Below, piece after piece: positions 12,854-24,842 of a DNA stretch of 64,000 bases. The notes beneath the pieces were generated by a model, which saw only the letters and a program-made list of their open reading frames with translations, had not been told where the DNA came from and did not search any database. Numbering within the stretch: position 1 is the stretch's first letter; the number at the start of each line of letters is the position of its first letter. The stretch is from assembly GCA_965178125.1 (NCBI GenBank), contig OZ237755.1:248001-312000 (forward strand), read 5' to 3'. Source of the stretch: Bilabrum cf. latius (taxonomy: Eukaryota). The translations under genes and the position numbers were made by a program.

Positions 12854-15313
12854 ATGGCTGCCGTTGCAGGAGCGATTGGCATTGCGGTTCAAAGCAGTGC
12901 TGGGTCGGCGAAGTCTTCCAGCGATACGCAGGTGTCCGTGAAAGTCCTCACATCAGGGGGAAAATCTGTGTTCAGCGTGGATATTTCTGCTGAGACATCG
13001 GCAACGGTGGCTGATGTGCTGACGGAGGTTTGCAAGGCACAAAGGCTGCCGAGTGATGCGTTCCGGAGTGAAGCGATTGCCAAGATCACGTCTGGTAGCG
13101 CCACCATAGCAGCTGGCGTTGGCGCTGCCTTGTCTGATCTGGGATGCAAAGGTTCTGGTGATACTCGATCCCTCACGGTGCACTTGACCGAGGCCGGCGA
13201 GGGCCGAGCCAGGGCGACTGTGCAAACAGTCACGGTGGTCGTGTCGCCGGTAGATATCACGACTGACGGGTTCAGCTGGACCAGCTGGATTAGCAGCTCG
13301 TATGCCATTTCATCTGCCAAGGGTGCCATCCAGCTGAAGTGCCCCGTGCACTGGGCCCCCGACGAGAAAGCCACTCTGACCGAGAAGGTGGGCGAGCTGC
13401 TCGCACTTAGGGGGATCGACATCGCGGCGGCGCGCGAGATCAGCGGTGACGGCGAGGCCCCAGCCGATGCCTCCGTGGGAGGCGGCGGCGACAGCAGCGG
13501 GTCCGGCGGAGACAGCGGCGTGCGGTTCGCGTTCCGGTCGACCAGTGCGGTGCGGGACCCGGCCGAGCATGTGACGAGCATGTTCGGCTCCGTGGCCGCT
13601 TCGGGGAACAAGATCGAGGCGCGGGACGTCATGTACGCCATGTCCAACCAGGCCTCTGAGCACTACCGCAACCTGAACAACATGAGCTCGCAGACCTTTG
13701 TCGTATCGGAGGACGGCGAAGTCAGGGTGAAGTCGCATGGCAGCGCGACGAGCCTCAGGGGCACCATGGAGGCGGGCGCATACACGCGGGCCGCACAGAA
13801 CCAGTTCTACAACGCAAGTTCCCTGGCGGTGTATGTGGGCGTGCCCCTGTCCATGATGGACAGCGTGCGACCGGCTCCCGCGGTGGCCGCCGACTGCAAG
13901 GTGTTCCTCGCGGGCGCAGGGGAGGCGGAATCAGCTGCCTCGCCGCGGCCCTCGGGGCTGCCCGCCTCCCTTGTGGTGGACCGCCACGAGGAGAAGAGGG
14001 CCAGGGCACAGCGCCTGCAACGGTCCCTCGCGGAGTCAGCCACGCCCCACAAGGCCTTCGAGGCGAGAGAGGGAGCCTCCGCTGGGGCCGTGGCCATGCT
14101 TCGAGAGTACGACGCGCTGGCTGCCAAGGCAGCCGTGGAGCAGGCCAAGCGGTTCGGCAGGGGGGACCCCAGGATGCCCGAGCCCACCACGATGGATTCC
14201 CTCTGCAAGATCCGCAGCGTGGACGTGCAGCCCAGCGAAGAGGCTCCCAGGATGGATGTCCACACCGAGGTGATCTGCCTGATCGACACCCCAGAGCTGG
14301 GCCAGGGGCACATCGCGGTGCGCATGACCACGGACCGCACCTTCAAGGACCTTCTGCAGAGCATGCGGTACAAGCTGCAGAGCGCCGACGTGGCTCTCTA
14401 CAACGCAGCCTCCCAGCCAGAGCTGCAGCAGGTATCATGGGACGGGAAGGATGTAAGGCAGGTGCTAGACGGAGCAAAGACGCTCGGCGAAGCGGGTTGC
14501 TTCGGAGCTTGCCGGCTGCGTCTGGTGCTGGACCCTTCTGCCGGCGAGGACGGCGTGGAGCGGGTCACTTTCGAGGTGGAGGGGCCTCGCGACTCACGTG
14601 CGACCTTCACCGTGGCCTCCTCTCTCACCATGTACGGCCTGTTTGACATGGTGCGCGACAGCACGGGCCTCTTTAGGCCGGTGATCGAGCTCATGCCCAT
14701 GGAGGCGCCTCTCAGCAGGTCTAAGAAAACGCTGGCAGAGGCCGGACTCAGCGGGACCGTGCAGCTCAAGGCCAGCAACGAGCCGTTTAAGCCATGGACC
14801 GGGGGTCAGGTCTTCGTCAAGACGCTGACCGGCAAGACAGTGACCCTTGTCTGCAGCTCCTCCAACTCTCTGGAGGCAGTCAAGTCGCTCATTCAGGAGG
14901 CCGAGGGCATCCCCCCGGACCAGCAGCGGCTGATCTTCGCCGGGAAGCAGCTGGAGGATGGCCGCACGCTGGCGGACTACCGGATCTGCCAGGAGAGCAC
15001 GCTGCACCTGGTGCTGCGCTTGAGGGGCGGCATGATGGACCCGTCCTCCGGGGCGGAGGGCCTGCGGGCCGACATCAGGGAGATGTTCGGCATCCCTGAC
15101 AGCGAGTTCGCGTGCAGGCAGCTGCCCGTGAGCATCATCGCGGCGGCGTGGCGGGCCCAGCTGGAGGACGAGCCCGTGTTCGCCAACATTTAGCTGCCTG
15201 GCAGGAAGGGCCCGGTGCGGGTGGAGGTGGAGCCCGGCATGACGCTGGAGCAGTTGAGGGATGCGGCCATGGAGGTGGCGGCTGCAGAGGATGAGGAGGA
15301 GGAGGGGCTGTGA
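12854..15313 (+). CDS. Multi-ubiquitin-like-domain protein with one near-canonical internal ubiquitin unit
   Basis: 76-codon unit at 14804-15031 ([12 protein letters not shown]...[25 protein letters not shown]...[10 protein letters not shown]). Weaker beta-grasp-like segments upstream. Reads through TAG 15191 to TGA 15311-15313. Confidence 0.85.
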
Positions 15314-15503
15314 GGTGCGCGCGCACTCAAACGTGCTCCGGGTCTGGGCTCAAGGTCCCGGGATTGTTGCTCTTCGTATTTTGCAGGATACTGTCCAAAG
15401 CTGCAACTACCTGCTAGTGGCGGCCAACAAGCCGAAAGCGAGGCAGCAGATTGTCATTGGCCTGAAATTCTAGTCACATCACCCAAGGAGCACCGCCGGC
15501 TAA

Positions 15504-16448
15504 ATGCGCAGAATCATCGACGACCCGGAGTCTGGGAACGTTTGTTGCCGAATCCGACGAAAGCTGCATTCAATGTCGAACGATGTGAGGTGCCCTACCA
15601 AGCAACACATATCAGTGCACAGCGCGACGTGGAAAGATGTCATGCGACTCTCAGAGACGCTACAGGACAGTCTGCGATGTCTGCAAGAAGGTGACTTAAC
15701 TCAACAACAAATCTAGGCCCTCTCTCGGCGTGTTAAGGAGGCTCAACGGACTGTCATAGGAGTATCAAATGTCATTGATGCTGTGCAGTCCGGTCGCGCG
15801 GACACCATTTTGGCCAAGTAGGCCTCGAAAAGGACGCAGACCAAAACGAGAGCAGCGGCACCTAGCGCAGGGCCTGGCATTCTTGCGGCACCCACGGTCG
15901 TAGCATCACTAGCAGCGCCACGAAGTACAGGAGTAGGTCAAGGACTTTCGGTGCCGGTGGCGCCAACCGGAAAAGCGTTAGCGCCGGCGTTGCCTGACAG
16001 CCAGACTAGCGCATCAATCGCTCCGTCAGCCACGACGAGCGCATCTACGAGTAGGAGCAAGACTATTGCTACATCTAGCTATAGCGGCGAGCAGCCTCGT
16101 CGTCGGGCCTCAGTGCATGGCTCACGGGCTAGCAGGGCGGCCCATAGCCGAAAGGCAGCTGGGAGCAGTTTAGAAGGCGGGGTTGCAGCATCGGGCGGAT
16201 CCCAACTGAATTCGGAGCCGCGTACAGTTGGTGGGGCTAGTAGTTTGAGTAATGACGCCACATCAGGCTCGGGAAGTTTACCGGATGCAGCCACTGGCAG
16301 GAGGCCCCGCAGCGCTGCCGGTGCCGGCCACTAGGATGGCGCCAGCCGAGAGGGGAGCGGGAGAGGTAGCAGTGCCAGTGGGCCATGGTCCCCCCTAAAG
16401 GATGGTCTAACACCCTTGGCAGCGTTCGCCGATGATCCAGAGTGGTGA
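15504..16448 (+). CDS. Hypothetical protein (short helical region plus Ser/Ala-rich tail)
   Basis: Single frame open for 945 nt across TAG 15714, 15819 and 16332 to TGA 16446-16448. No recognisable domain; start uncertain. Confidence 0.45.
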
Positions 16449-16711
16449 AGTACGCCGAGGCATCCGGCCCGCTCTAGGACGCGCTCTGCGCAGCAGTGTG
16501 GCTCCGTGAGCGGAAGCAGAAGCAGGCAAAGGATGTAAAGCAGAACCATACATATAACTGCGAGCCAGCAGGGCGGCAGCTCCGCAGGGGAGGGTACCCC
16601 AGGGGCAGAGGGCCACGGCCAGGGTGTGATGAGTGCAGCAGATGCGGAGCTGATCAGCAATCAATCCAGGATTGCGTGGATTTCGTACAAACTTCATTGA
16701 CCACAACAGGC

Positions 16712-17919
16712 ATGCTTCGTAGATTTAGTGGCATCTCTCGGTCAACCAGACTTGCGCGTGCATGCGTGTCCCACAGCAAATGCTGGATGGAATCTCAAGC
16801 ACGATTGAATTCGACTTGCTTCGCAGTAGGCCAATTCGCGAGCTATGGGACGGCCTTGCGCGTGGAGGGCCATCACGCTGTCACTCGTTGTACTTGTACC
16901 GCAAAGGATGTAGCAAGCGGCGCAATACGGCAGGCTGGACCTGTAGCACGTGGACCCTTCCGACACTCTGTCCCAGTCCTTTAGCAGCAAGGCAAGCCCG
17001 CGCCCGGCGCAAAGATTGCCGTAAGAGAAAAGTATTCATGTGCATTAGATTTCGGCTGACTCGGTGGCATGCCACTCTGCGCTTGTAAGTTCTACAATGC
17101 ATCCCGCAGTAGCCGATTTCATGGCCATCACTAGCTCTTCTCGTTGCTCTTGGAACTGCTGCTATAGGATACTTTAATTATACCAGAGAATAGTAGAAGA
17201 AAAAGGGTGCGTTTTATACTGCCGCCTCGCAATATTCGAGATCCTTTGTGTTTGCAGCAGCCTAGCACCTCACGTCACATTTTTTCATCGCGCTATTCTG
17301 GATCGCAGCACAGCGCCGCGTGACAACTACCGGTGACGCCAAAATTGGCGGGCCTTTCGAGCTGGTAGATAGTGACGGCAAGCCGATGACCGACTTCGAC
17401 CTGCGCGGGCAGTTCTACATCGTCTACTTCGGGTTCACCTACTGCCCAGACATCTGTCCCAACGAGCTCGTCAAGCTGGGCAAGATCGTCGATTTGGTCT
17501 CAAAGCAGAATCCCAGCCTGCCCCCCATCGTGCCAGTATTCATCACGGTGGATCCCCACCGCGACACGGTGGAGCAGATGCGCGCCTACAGGCAAGATTT
17601 CCACCCCACCATGCTCGCCCTGACGGGTACCCCCCAGCAAATCTCCCGGGTCACCAAGGCGTACAGGGTGTATTTCTCGGATACGATGCACAGGGACGAG
17701 GACGACGAGGATTACATCGTGGACCATTCCATCGCGCTGTACCTCATCGGGCCCGACGGCAAGTTCATGGACTTTTACCCGCAGCTGACCGAGCCCGAGG
17801 AAGCGGCGGAGGACATCGGCCTCAAGATGAGAGAGAGGCTCAGCCAGGACGGGATTGAGGTGGATGGGGAGGGCATTCTTAACACGATCAACAAGGCTAT
17901 TGCCAAGATGCTCGGGTGA
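16712..17919 (+). CDS. SCO1: Mitochondrial cytochrome c oxidase copper chaperone SCO1/SCO2; join(16712..17020,17110..17206,17309..17919)
   Basis: Arg/Ser-rich presequence (MLRRFSGISRSTRL), TM segment PISWPSLALLVALG, IGGPF, YFGFTYCPDICP (CxxxC), ITVDP.RD, YIVDHS. Two GT-AG introns with matching phases. TAG at 16982, 17110 (depends on acceptor used), 17191, 17194. Ends TGA. Confidence 0.93.
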
Positions 17920-18117
17920 GGCGCTGCTAGGATGGACTGATTGGAGGGGCAGGGCCCATGCACAGAGAGACCGTGGTTGTTGATTCGTATCTATGTCATT
18001 CACGAAGGGTTGGCCTCGTTGCAAGCAAGCCATGGAAAAAAGATGCGAGGTCGCGCATACGTATCAATTTCAGAATACTGTTCCTTCCATTGTCGCCGAA
18101 AAGATGCATGGATCTGC

Positions 18118-18215
18118 TCACTTGCCTCCCACCCCGCCTCCCTGCACCAAGCTCCTGGCCAGGTCGGCGGCCCCTCCGTCATCGTCTTCCCCTGCACCCC
18201 CCTCCGCTGTCGCTG

Positions 18216-18247
<32 letters not shown>

Positions 18248-19626
18248 GCAGCCCCGCTCCCTGCATCCCCCTTTTCCTTTCCCTCTGCAGCCGCAGCCGC
18301 AGACGAGGAAGACGACCCCGCACCCCCTGCCAGGGCCTTGATGAGCGCCGCGGGCCGACTGGCGCCAGGGTACAGCGTCTCGAAGTCCGATCGAAGAGCC
18401 GCCCTGCCCTTGGCCGCCAAAGCGTCCGCATCCTCAGCCACAGCTACCACCGCCCTGAGCCCCTTCCGCACAGCATCAGCCTGGAGCTCCACGTCCTCGG
18501 CGGCGGCCGCGGCCACGTCCTCCATCTGCTCCGCCAGGGCGTACTTGGCCAGCACCTCCCCGTCCATGCCCTCGTCCCCGGACCCCTCTCCGTCCGCTGC
18601 CGCCTTCTCCTCTTCTGCGGAACCGGCAAGCGCGGCGCCCCTCTCCAGCGCCTCCGCCTCGGCCTCGTACTGCGCCACCAGGCGCCTGAGCACCCTCGCT
18701 CGGCTCTGCAGCTCGTCGTTCCTCGGGTTGCGCAAGCGGCCCTGCGATGAAAATGCAGCGTGATTAAAGAAGATATTGCGTTCGCTTTGGGCGGTGCAGC
18801 AAGACACAGTGCGCAACAGTGCGGTCCAACGTAGTGCAGGGAGGCAAACGTCGCAACAAACTGACGCGTGGCGGCTGCCAGGGTCGTTCTGTTCGAATCC
18901 AGGCGTCCACATTCACTCCCTCACGTTTGCCTGCATGTTTGCTTGTCTCTGCGCGTGTTCGGCCACGGCTTCGCTGGCGGCAGCGACCATGGCACCGAGC
19001 GATCGCTCGACAGTGTCCACCAGCCCAGGGCAATCGGCGTGCAGTTGCCGAGTTGTGGCAGCATGTGCGCTGCACACCCCTGCCACTAGTTTGTGAAAGC
19101 GCAATCCAGCACTATCAGATGCAGCTGGCAAGCATGACGACGTGTCAACCGTGGGATACTCGGGAACTGCGATGCGTCGACCAAATCTTGAATTGCTGGC
19201 ATCATTATTGAATGCCATGAACACAATAATGCAGATGCGGTAACCCAGGTGTGTGCTTACGCTCTTTATCTACTACGAATGCACTGGGAGGTAAAGAAGG
19301 GGCTGCTGACGAGGGTGGGGCAGCCTCCGAAGATTTCGAGCTTGGAATAGCTCCACCGCTGGAGCGTCTTCGCTTGTCGGGCTGCGCTGAAGAGGAGCTT
19401 CCGGCGCTGCTCCGCCCTCGCTTTGATCCAATATTGCTTGCTTGCGTGAGGAATGCAGGTGCCGGGGCTGAACTGGAGGCAGCAGCTGCCGCGCCTCGCT
19501 TGGCTTTGCCGCTCTTGAACTTGAGCCTTGCTCTGCGTTCGCTCAGAATACAGCGGAATCAAATGATATATAATGCACCGAAAAACTATAAACCACAGCG
19601 ACACACTTTGATACTCACTTAGGCAT
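18118..19626 (-). CDS. Coiled-coil protein, possibly kinetochore Dsn1/Mis13-like; complement(join(18118..18741,18925..19166,19261..19532,19619..19626))
   Basis: Three GT-AG introns with consistent phases give MPKARLKFK..., a basic/Ser-rich N-terminus (KRRRSS), LPEYPTVD..LP....RFHKL and NPRNDELQSRARVLRRLVAQYEAE. Ends TGA. Family call is by remembered resemblance only. Confidence 0.6.
18217..18246. repeat. (GCT)n microsatellite encoding a poly-Ser tract on the minus strand
   Basis: About 10 GCT units seen directly. Confidence 0.85.
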
Positions 19627-19666
19627 GCTGAAAATCAGTAGGCAAACCTCACCAACGGCACCTGAA

Positions 19667-22600
19667 ATGGCAGTGGTTCGTGAACGTTCGGAATTACCCA
19701 GTTTCCGTTCGATGATTTCAGTCCCAGATAGGCCCGAGGGCCAGGGCATCATGAGGCAATGGAAAGATCAGCAAGCAGATCTTCGCGATGCAGAGCGAAT
19801 GGCTGAGCTGCGCAATAAGATGACGGCGGCTGAGCGCTGGAGGTCGCAGGCAGAGACGATACATTTTCGCCGGCCCTTTTACGAAATATCCAGCAGGATG
19901 CCCACCTTTGAGCCGTCGATTGACGCGAGCGGCATAGAACTTAATATAAGAGAGAGACAGCTGCTATGGGACATGCTGTAGGAGAATGTAATGGTCAGGG
20001 TGCTTGGCACCGTGCTGCAGGAGCTCGATCTCACGGCCTGCGGTCTCACTCGCAAACACTGCTAGCACCTTGGCCCAAGACTGGGCGAATGCCTCTCATT
20101 GTAGCGTTTATGCCTGCGAAACAATCGAATCGGATCAGAGGGCGGAATAGCAATCATCAAGGGCCTCCAGCGGAGCGCAGCTGCCCAGTACACGCGCAAG
20201 CAAGAGGCGTTGAAGCTCTCCCCTTCAGTGCTTGAAGCGGATGCAAGAGCAGTATTTATGGGTGCATTTTAGCAAGACTAGGCGGACGCGAAACAACTAG
20301 AGCAGAATGCCGATGGCAGCGGCGGCGAAGCGGCCGGAGGAGGCATCGCGAAGAGCACCGGCGGTCCGCCAAAGCCGAGCAAGGGCGGGGCGCTCGCTCG
20401 GCTCCGTGCCAAGCAAGCCGTGACCCAGAAGAAAAAAGAAGAAGCGGCCAAGAAGATGGTCGAGGAGCAGGCGAGGCGCGATGACCCAGTGGACCCCAGG
20501 GTGACCGCGTGGCTGGGAGCGCACGCGAGAGGTGACCCCGACCCCCTCCCCGGGCTCATGCCTATGGCGCGGGCGGCAGAGCAGGCTCGCATGGACAAGG
20601 AACTCAAGAAGAGGCTGCGACCAAAGAAACGAGGCGCGGGGGGCGAGGGTATCGAGGAGATCGAGGAGGAGGCCGAGGCGAGGAGGCAGAGGAAGAGGGC
20701 GGCGGCGGGTCGCAAAGGGAGACGCAGGTCCGCACTCGACGATCTGGGTGCAGATCCCTCCATCGCGAGGAAGGCCGTCCGCAGGGGGTCCGTCGTGGGC
20801 AGAGACGACGGGGACGTGCGCGGGGTGGGTGCCGACCGCGGGATCGTGACGTCGTTCAACCGAGGCTCCCTGCTCTCTCCCTTCGAGGAGCTGGACCTGA
20901 CCAACTGCGACCTCCTGGATGCGGTGGGGAGCGGACCCGGGGGCGCGGTGTTCACGCTCATGCGCGGTGCCGTGGCGCAGCTGGGAAGGTACCTTGAGAT
21001 GCCCGAGTGCGGGCTCCGCACCCTGATCCTATCAAAGAACAAGTTCTCCGAGGTCGCCGCGGAGCCGCTGGTGCGCGCGGTGGCGGTCAACACGACCCTG
21101 CAGACGCTTGAGATGGAGACGTCCCAGTGCGGGACAGCGGTGGGCGTGGCCCTCGTGGACGTGGCCACGCGCCGACCGCAGGCATACAAAGGCAGGGATG
21201 GCGCGGCGGGTGGGAGAGGCCTCGCACCTCTCCCCCCATCGGCTTTGCACCGCGGCGATCCCATGCAGGGTGCCTTGGGGTCTGGCATGTCTGCGAGAGG
21301 ACCCATGCAGCCCCTGCAGCCGCTTGCAAGCAGGCATCCGGCGGGCTCCCGGGAAGGTGGTAGTGGCTCCGGCGGAGAGGCCGCGGGCATGTCGGCCATC
21401 CCCATTGTTCCCTGGAGCCGAGAGGGAGGTAGGGACCATGGGAGGGCTGGTGACAGCACTGGTGCAGCGTACGATGGTGCGGGAGGGTTCTCCTTGAGTC
21501 TCAAAGGGTAGAAAGGGGCGAGCGGTGCGGCTGCCACCCCGAGGCAGCGAGCTGGGGACAGGAGCTTCACGCCAAAACCGCCGCTCGTGCTCGAGGAGTG
21601 GCAAGCAACGGAGCTGCCCGAGCAGGCGGGGCAGCTGCTGGTGCAAGCCGCAGAGGCGTCCCATCGCGCCACCACCCCCTACCTGCGGCAGGTGATCTCG
21701 CAGACTGCGGCGCTGGACGAGCAGCAGGAGCGGAGGCTGCGAGAAGCTCAGCGACCGGACCGCCCGACGGGCATGACGGCGCTGGGGCTCAAGTGCTGCT
21801 ACCTAGGGGACGAGGGCGCTTCTGCCCTGCGTCCGCTGCTCATGCGCGGGGGCAGGCTCCGCATCCTGGACCTCAGGGTGAACCGCATCACGGCCCCCGG
21901 GCTGAGGCACGTGTGCCGGGGCGTGGCGGTGGGCAAGCTGACCACCCTGGACGTGTCGGGGAACAAACTGGGCTCGATGGGGGCGAAGGTCCTGGCCGTG
22001 TGCCTGTCGTCGAGGTTTTGCCCGCTGGAGACGCTCCGATGCAACCGCTGCTGTCTGACCAACGACGGGACCGACCCTACAGGCGCGTCTGACATGGCCA
22101 CCGCGCTGCAGCACAACCGCACCCTCAGTCGCCTGGAGATGGCGGCCAACACGCTCACGCCCCAGAAGTTCAGGTTTATGCCGGAAAAACGCTCTCAGAC
22201 GGTGGTGTACGCCCTTGCCCGAGCTCTTCAGGACAACCAGACGCTGCAGCACCTGGACCTGACCAACAACTGGATCCAGGTGACGGGGCAGTACCGCATC
22301 GTGGACTCCATGAAGAAGCACCCGTACGCCACGCCGTATGCGGGAGAGATCGCCGACACGCTCCGCAGGTGGGTGCAGGGTATGCTGTTCCTACGGGCCA
22401 CAGGGAGCGCCATCCCAACCACCGAAACGCTAGAGCACCCCGCGCACCCCTTGCTGGCCAAGAGCATGCGAAGGCCCGTGATCGCCGGGCAGCTGCTGGA
22501 CGTGGGTCTGCACCCGACCGTGGCGCAGTCCCTGCAGTTGCAGGTCAGGGAAGCTGCGAAGCCCTCTGTGTCCAGGGCGCAGGGAACAGACCTCGCCCTG

Positions 22601-24664
22601 ACCCCCGGCCAGAAGGCCCGCAGGCAGGCGATGCAGGAGGTCGGTCACACCGCCGTCTACCTTTCCGGCACAGCTGAAATGAGGCCCGCGCCTGGGATGC
22701 CTCCCGGGTCCGGATCAGCAAGACACGGATCAGGGGCTGGCACGCCCCAGGGAGGAGGTTCCCAGGGCAAACGCGTGCTGCTGTCCCCCATGGGATCAGC
22801 AAGATCCCGCGTCTCCCGCGCAAGCGGCAGCCGCTCGGGCGCCCCCACGGTGGTGACTGTGGACGAGGACCCTGGCTCGTTCTTCGACGGAGACCAGGTG
22901 AGCCACAAGGGGTTCAGGGTGAAGGCCTCGAGGGGGTCGAGGGGCGGCCGCGGGAGCACCGCCAGGACGAGAAGGACGGGACGCTCCAGCCGCAGTGCGG
23001 TGCACCACACTGCGGTGCGAGAGGCCGAGACGGACGATCCGTTCGGTCGCAAGCCGGCCTTTTCGCTCGCCGACGCGATCAAGCTGGCAAGCGCCGCGCC
23101 TCACTACGAGGACCAGCCGGTGGGCCTGTCTGCCAAGGGCCACGGGCTGGGCGGCGGCAGCGGAGAACAAGGCGGGGAGCAAGGCGGATCTGGCGCTGGG
23201 ACTGGTCCCGAGGGCGGACCCGTTGTTCCCTAGCTGGACATGAAGAAGGTGAGGCACCAGATTCCCAGGATCGCGCCGAGGGGAAAGGCACCGCCCAACC
23301 GGCCGCTGCCGCAGCCGGGTCGCAAGCCGCCGGGCGGGGGTACGGGCGCTCCGGGGCTGGAGGAGCCTTCCGCCTCAGGGAACAGCGGTGCGACGGATGA
23401 GGAAGGACCTGCTCGGGCAAGTGGGGATGTCAGCTCCAACGTGGGCGATGGCGATGGCGCAGCGGGTCACAGCCAGGACCAGAGCCAGGGTCTGGAGGGC
23501 GGGGAACAACGGGGGCCTAGCAGCGGCGGTGCGCAGGGCACGCCTCCCTCCAAGCAGCTGCCCAAGCTGCAGACCGGACCGTCGCACGGCGGTGGCCCCA
23601 CCCACACCCCTCAGGGAACAACCCCCCGGACGGATCGCAGCGACCGCAGCATGTGGTCCACCGGGGGAGACCTCGCGGCAATGGCCGAAGATGCGCATCC
23701 GTGGACCAGAGAGGCGCAGGAGCAGGCGCAAGTGAAGCAGAGGGCGAGGAAGGAGGCATTGCGGAAGAAGGGGGAGGCGCACAGGAGAGAGCTGGCGGGT
23801 ATGTTGCGGGAGGCGGTGGGGGAGCGGGTCACGATCGGGCCCGGGGGCGCGCGGGGCACGGGCGATCCCGACGAGGACGTGCGGCTGGCGCTGAGGGACG
23901 TGGCCGCTGGGGTGGCGCCAGGCCCGGGGGCGCCGGTGAGGGGCGGATCTGCCGCCGATGGGGGAGACTCGAGGCCGGGGAACAGGGACAGGGCCGGGGC
24001 CGGGGGCCGGGATGGTGGGCGGCGGCTGGCGCTGCAGGATGGACACAGAGGTGAAGGTGGTAATTACGAGGACGCGGGCTCTAGCGGGGCTGGGACGCCG
24101 CGGGGGCCTGGGGAAGGGGCTACCTCCTCCTCCTAGTCGGCCCTTGTGACCCTATCGAGGCACAGGAGGGGCGTGGGGTCGGCCGGGTCCGACCGAATGG
24201 GTGACGACGAGCAAGGGGGCCCCGGCGGCGCCGCGCATGGGGAGCTGGTTCCGCTGTCCCGCGTGCCCGTGGACGAATCGTCCGGCCTCCCCCTGGCCCC
24301 TGTGGATCCCCACGACTGGCTGAGGACCAGCGTGGTGCGGTCCCGCTGGGCCACCGTGGCCCCTGGACACAGCCTGAGCTCCCAGGCCCGGCTGGTCCCC
24401 GCCATCGTCAGGGGTGTCCTGGGGTTCTTGGGGGAGCCTAGGGTGGTGCTGCTGGAGGAGAAGAGGTACGAGATCGGGCGGCTGGGGTATGCTGACGGGC
24501 TGCCGGAGGGTGTCAGCACGGACGTGGCGGTGAGGGGGTCTCGCCCCGCCAAGAAGAGCGTGGCGGCAGCCAGGCAGGGGGGTCGCAAGGCAGACCTCGG
24601 GCTGGAGTCGGGGGGACCCTCGGGGCTGGGGGCACTCTCTGCGGCGATAGGAGGCAGGTACTGA
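19667..24664 (+). CDS. Large RNI/NLRC3-type leucine-rich-repeat protein (~1,660 aa)
   Basis: LRRs: LQELDLTACGL, SL(TAG)RLCLRNNRIG, LRTLILSKNKF, LRILDLRVNRI, LTTLDVSGNKLG, LQHLDLTNNWI. One frame across TAG 19979, 20063, 20102, 20270, 20279, 21509, 23231, 24134; ends TGA. Alternative start ATG 19625. Confidence 0.85.
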
Positions 24665-24842
24665 GTTTTCATCTGCCCGAGGGGCAACACTATTCGTGTC
24701 ATCCCACACGGCAGTCTCCCACGTCTAAAGGACTAGCTCCACGCTGCGTTGCCCCGGGCCAGGAAACCGGAAGAACTGCAAGCTGGACACGTAGGTAGGC
24801 TAAGCGCCCCCATTCATAGGATTTAGGCCACTCAGAACGTAA

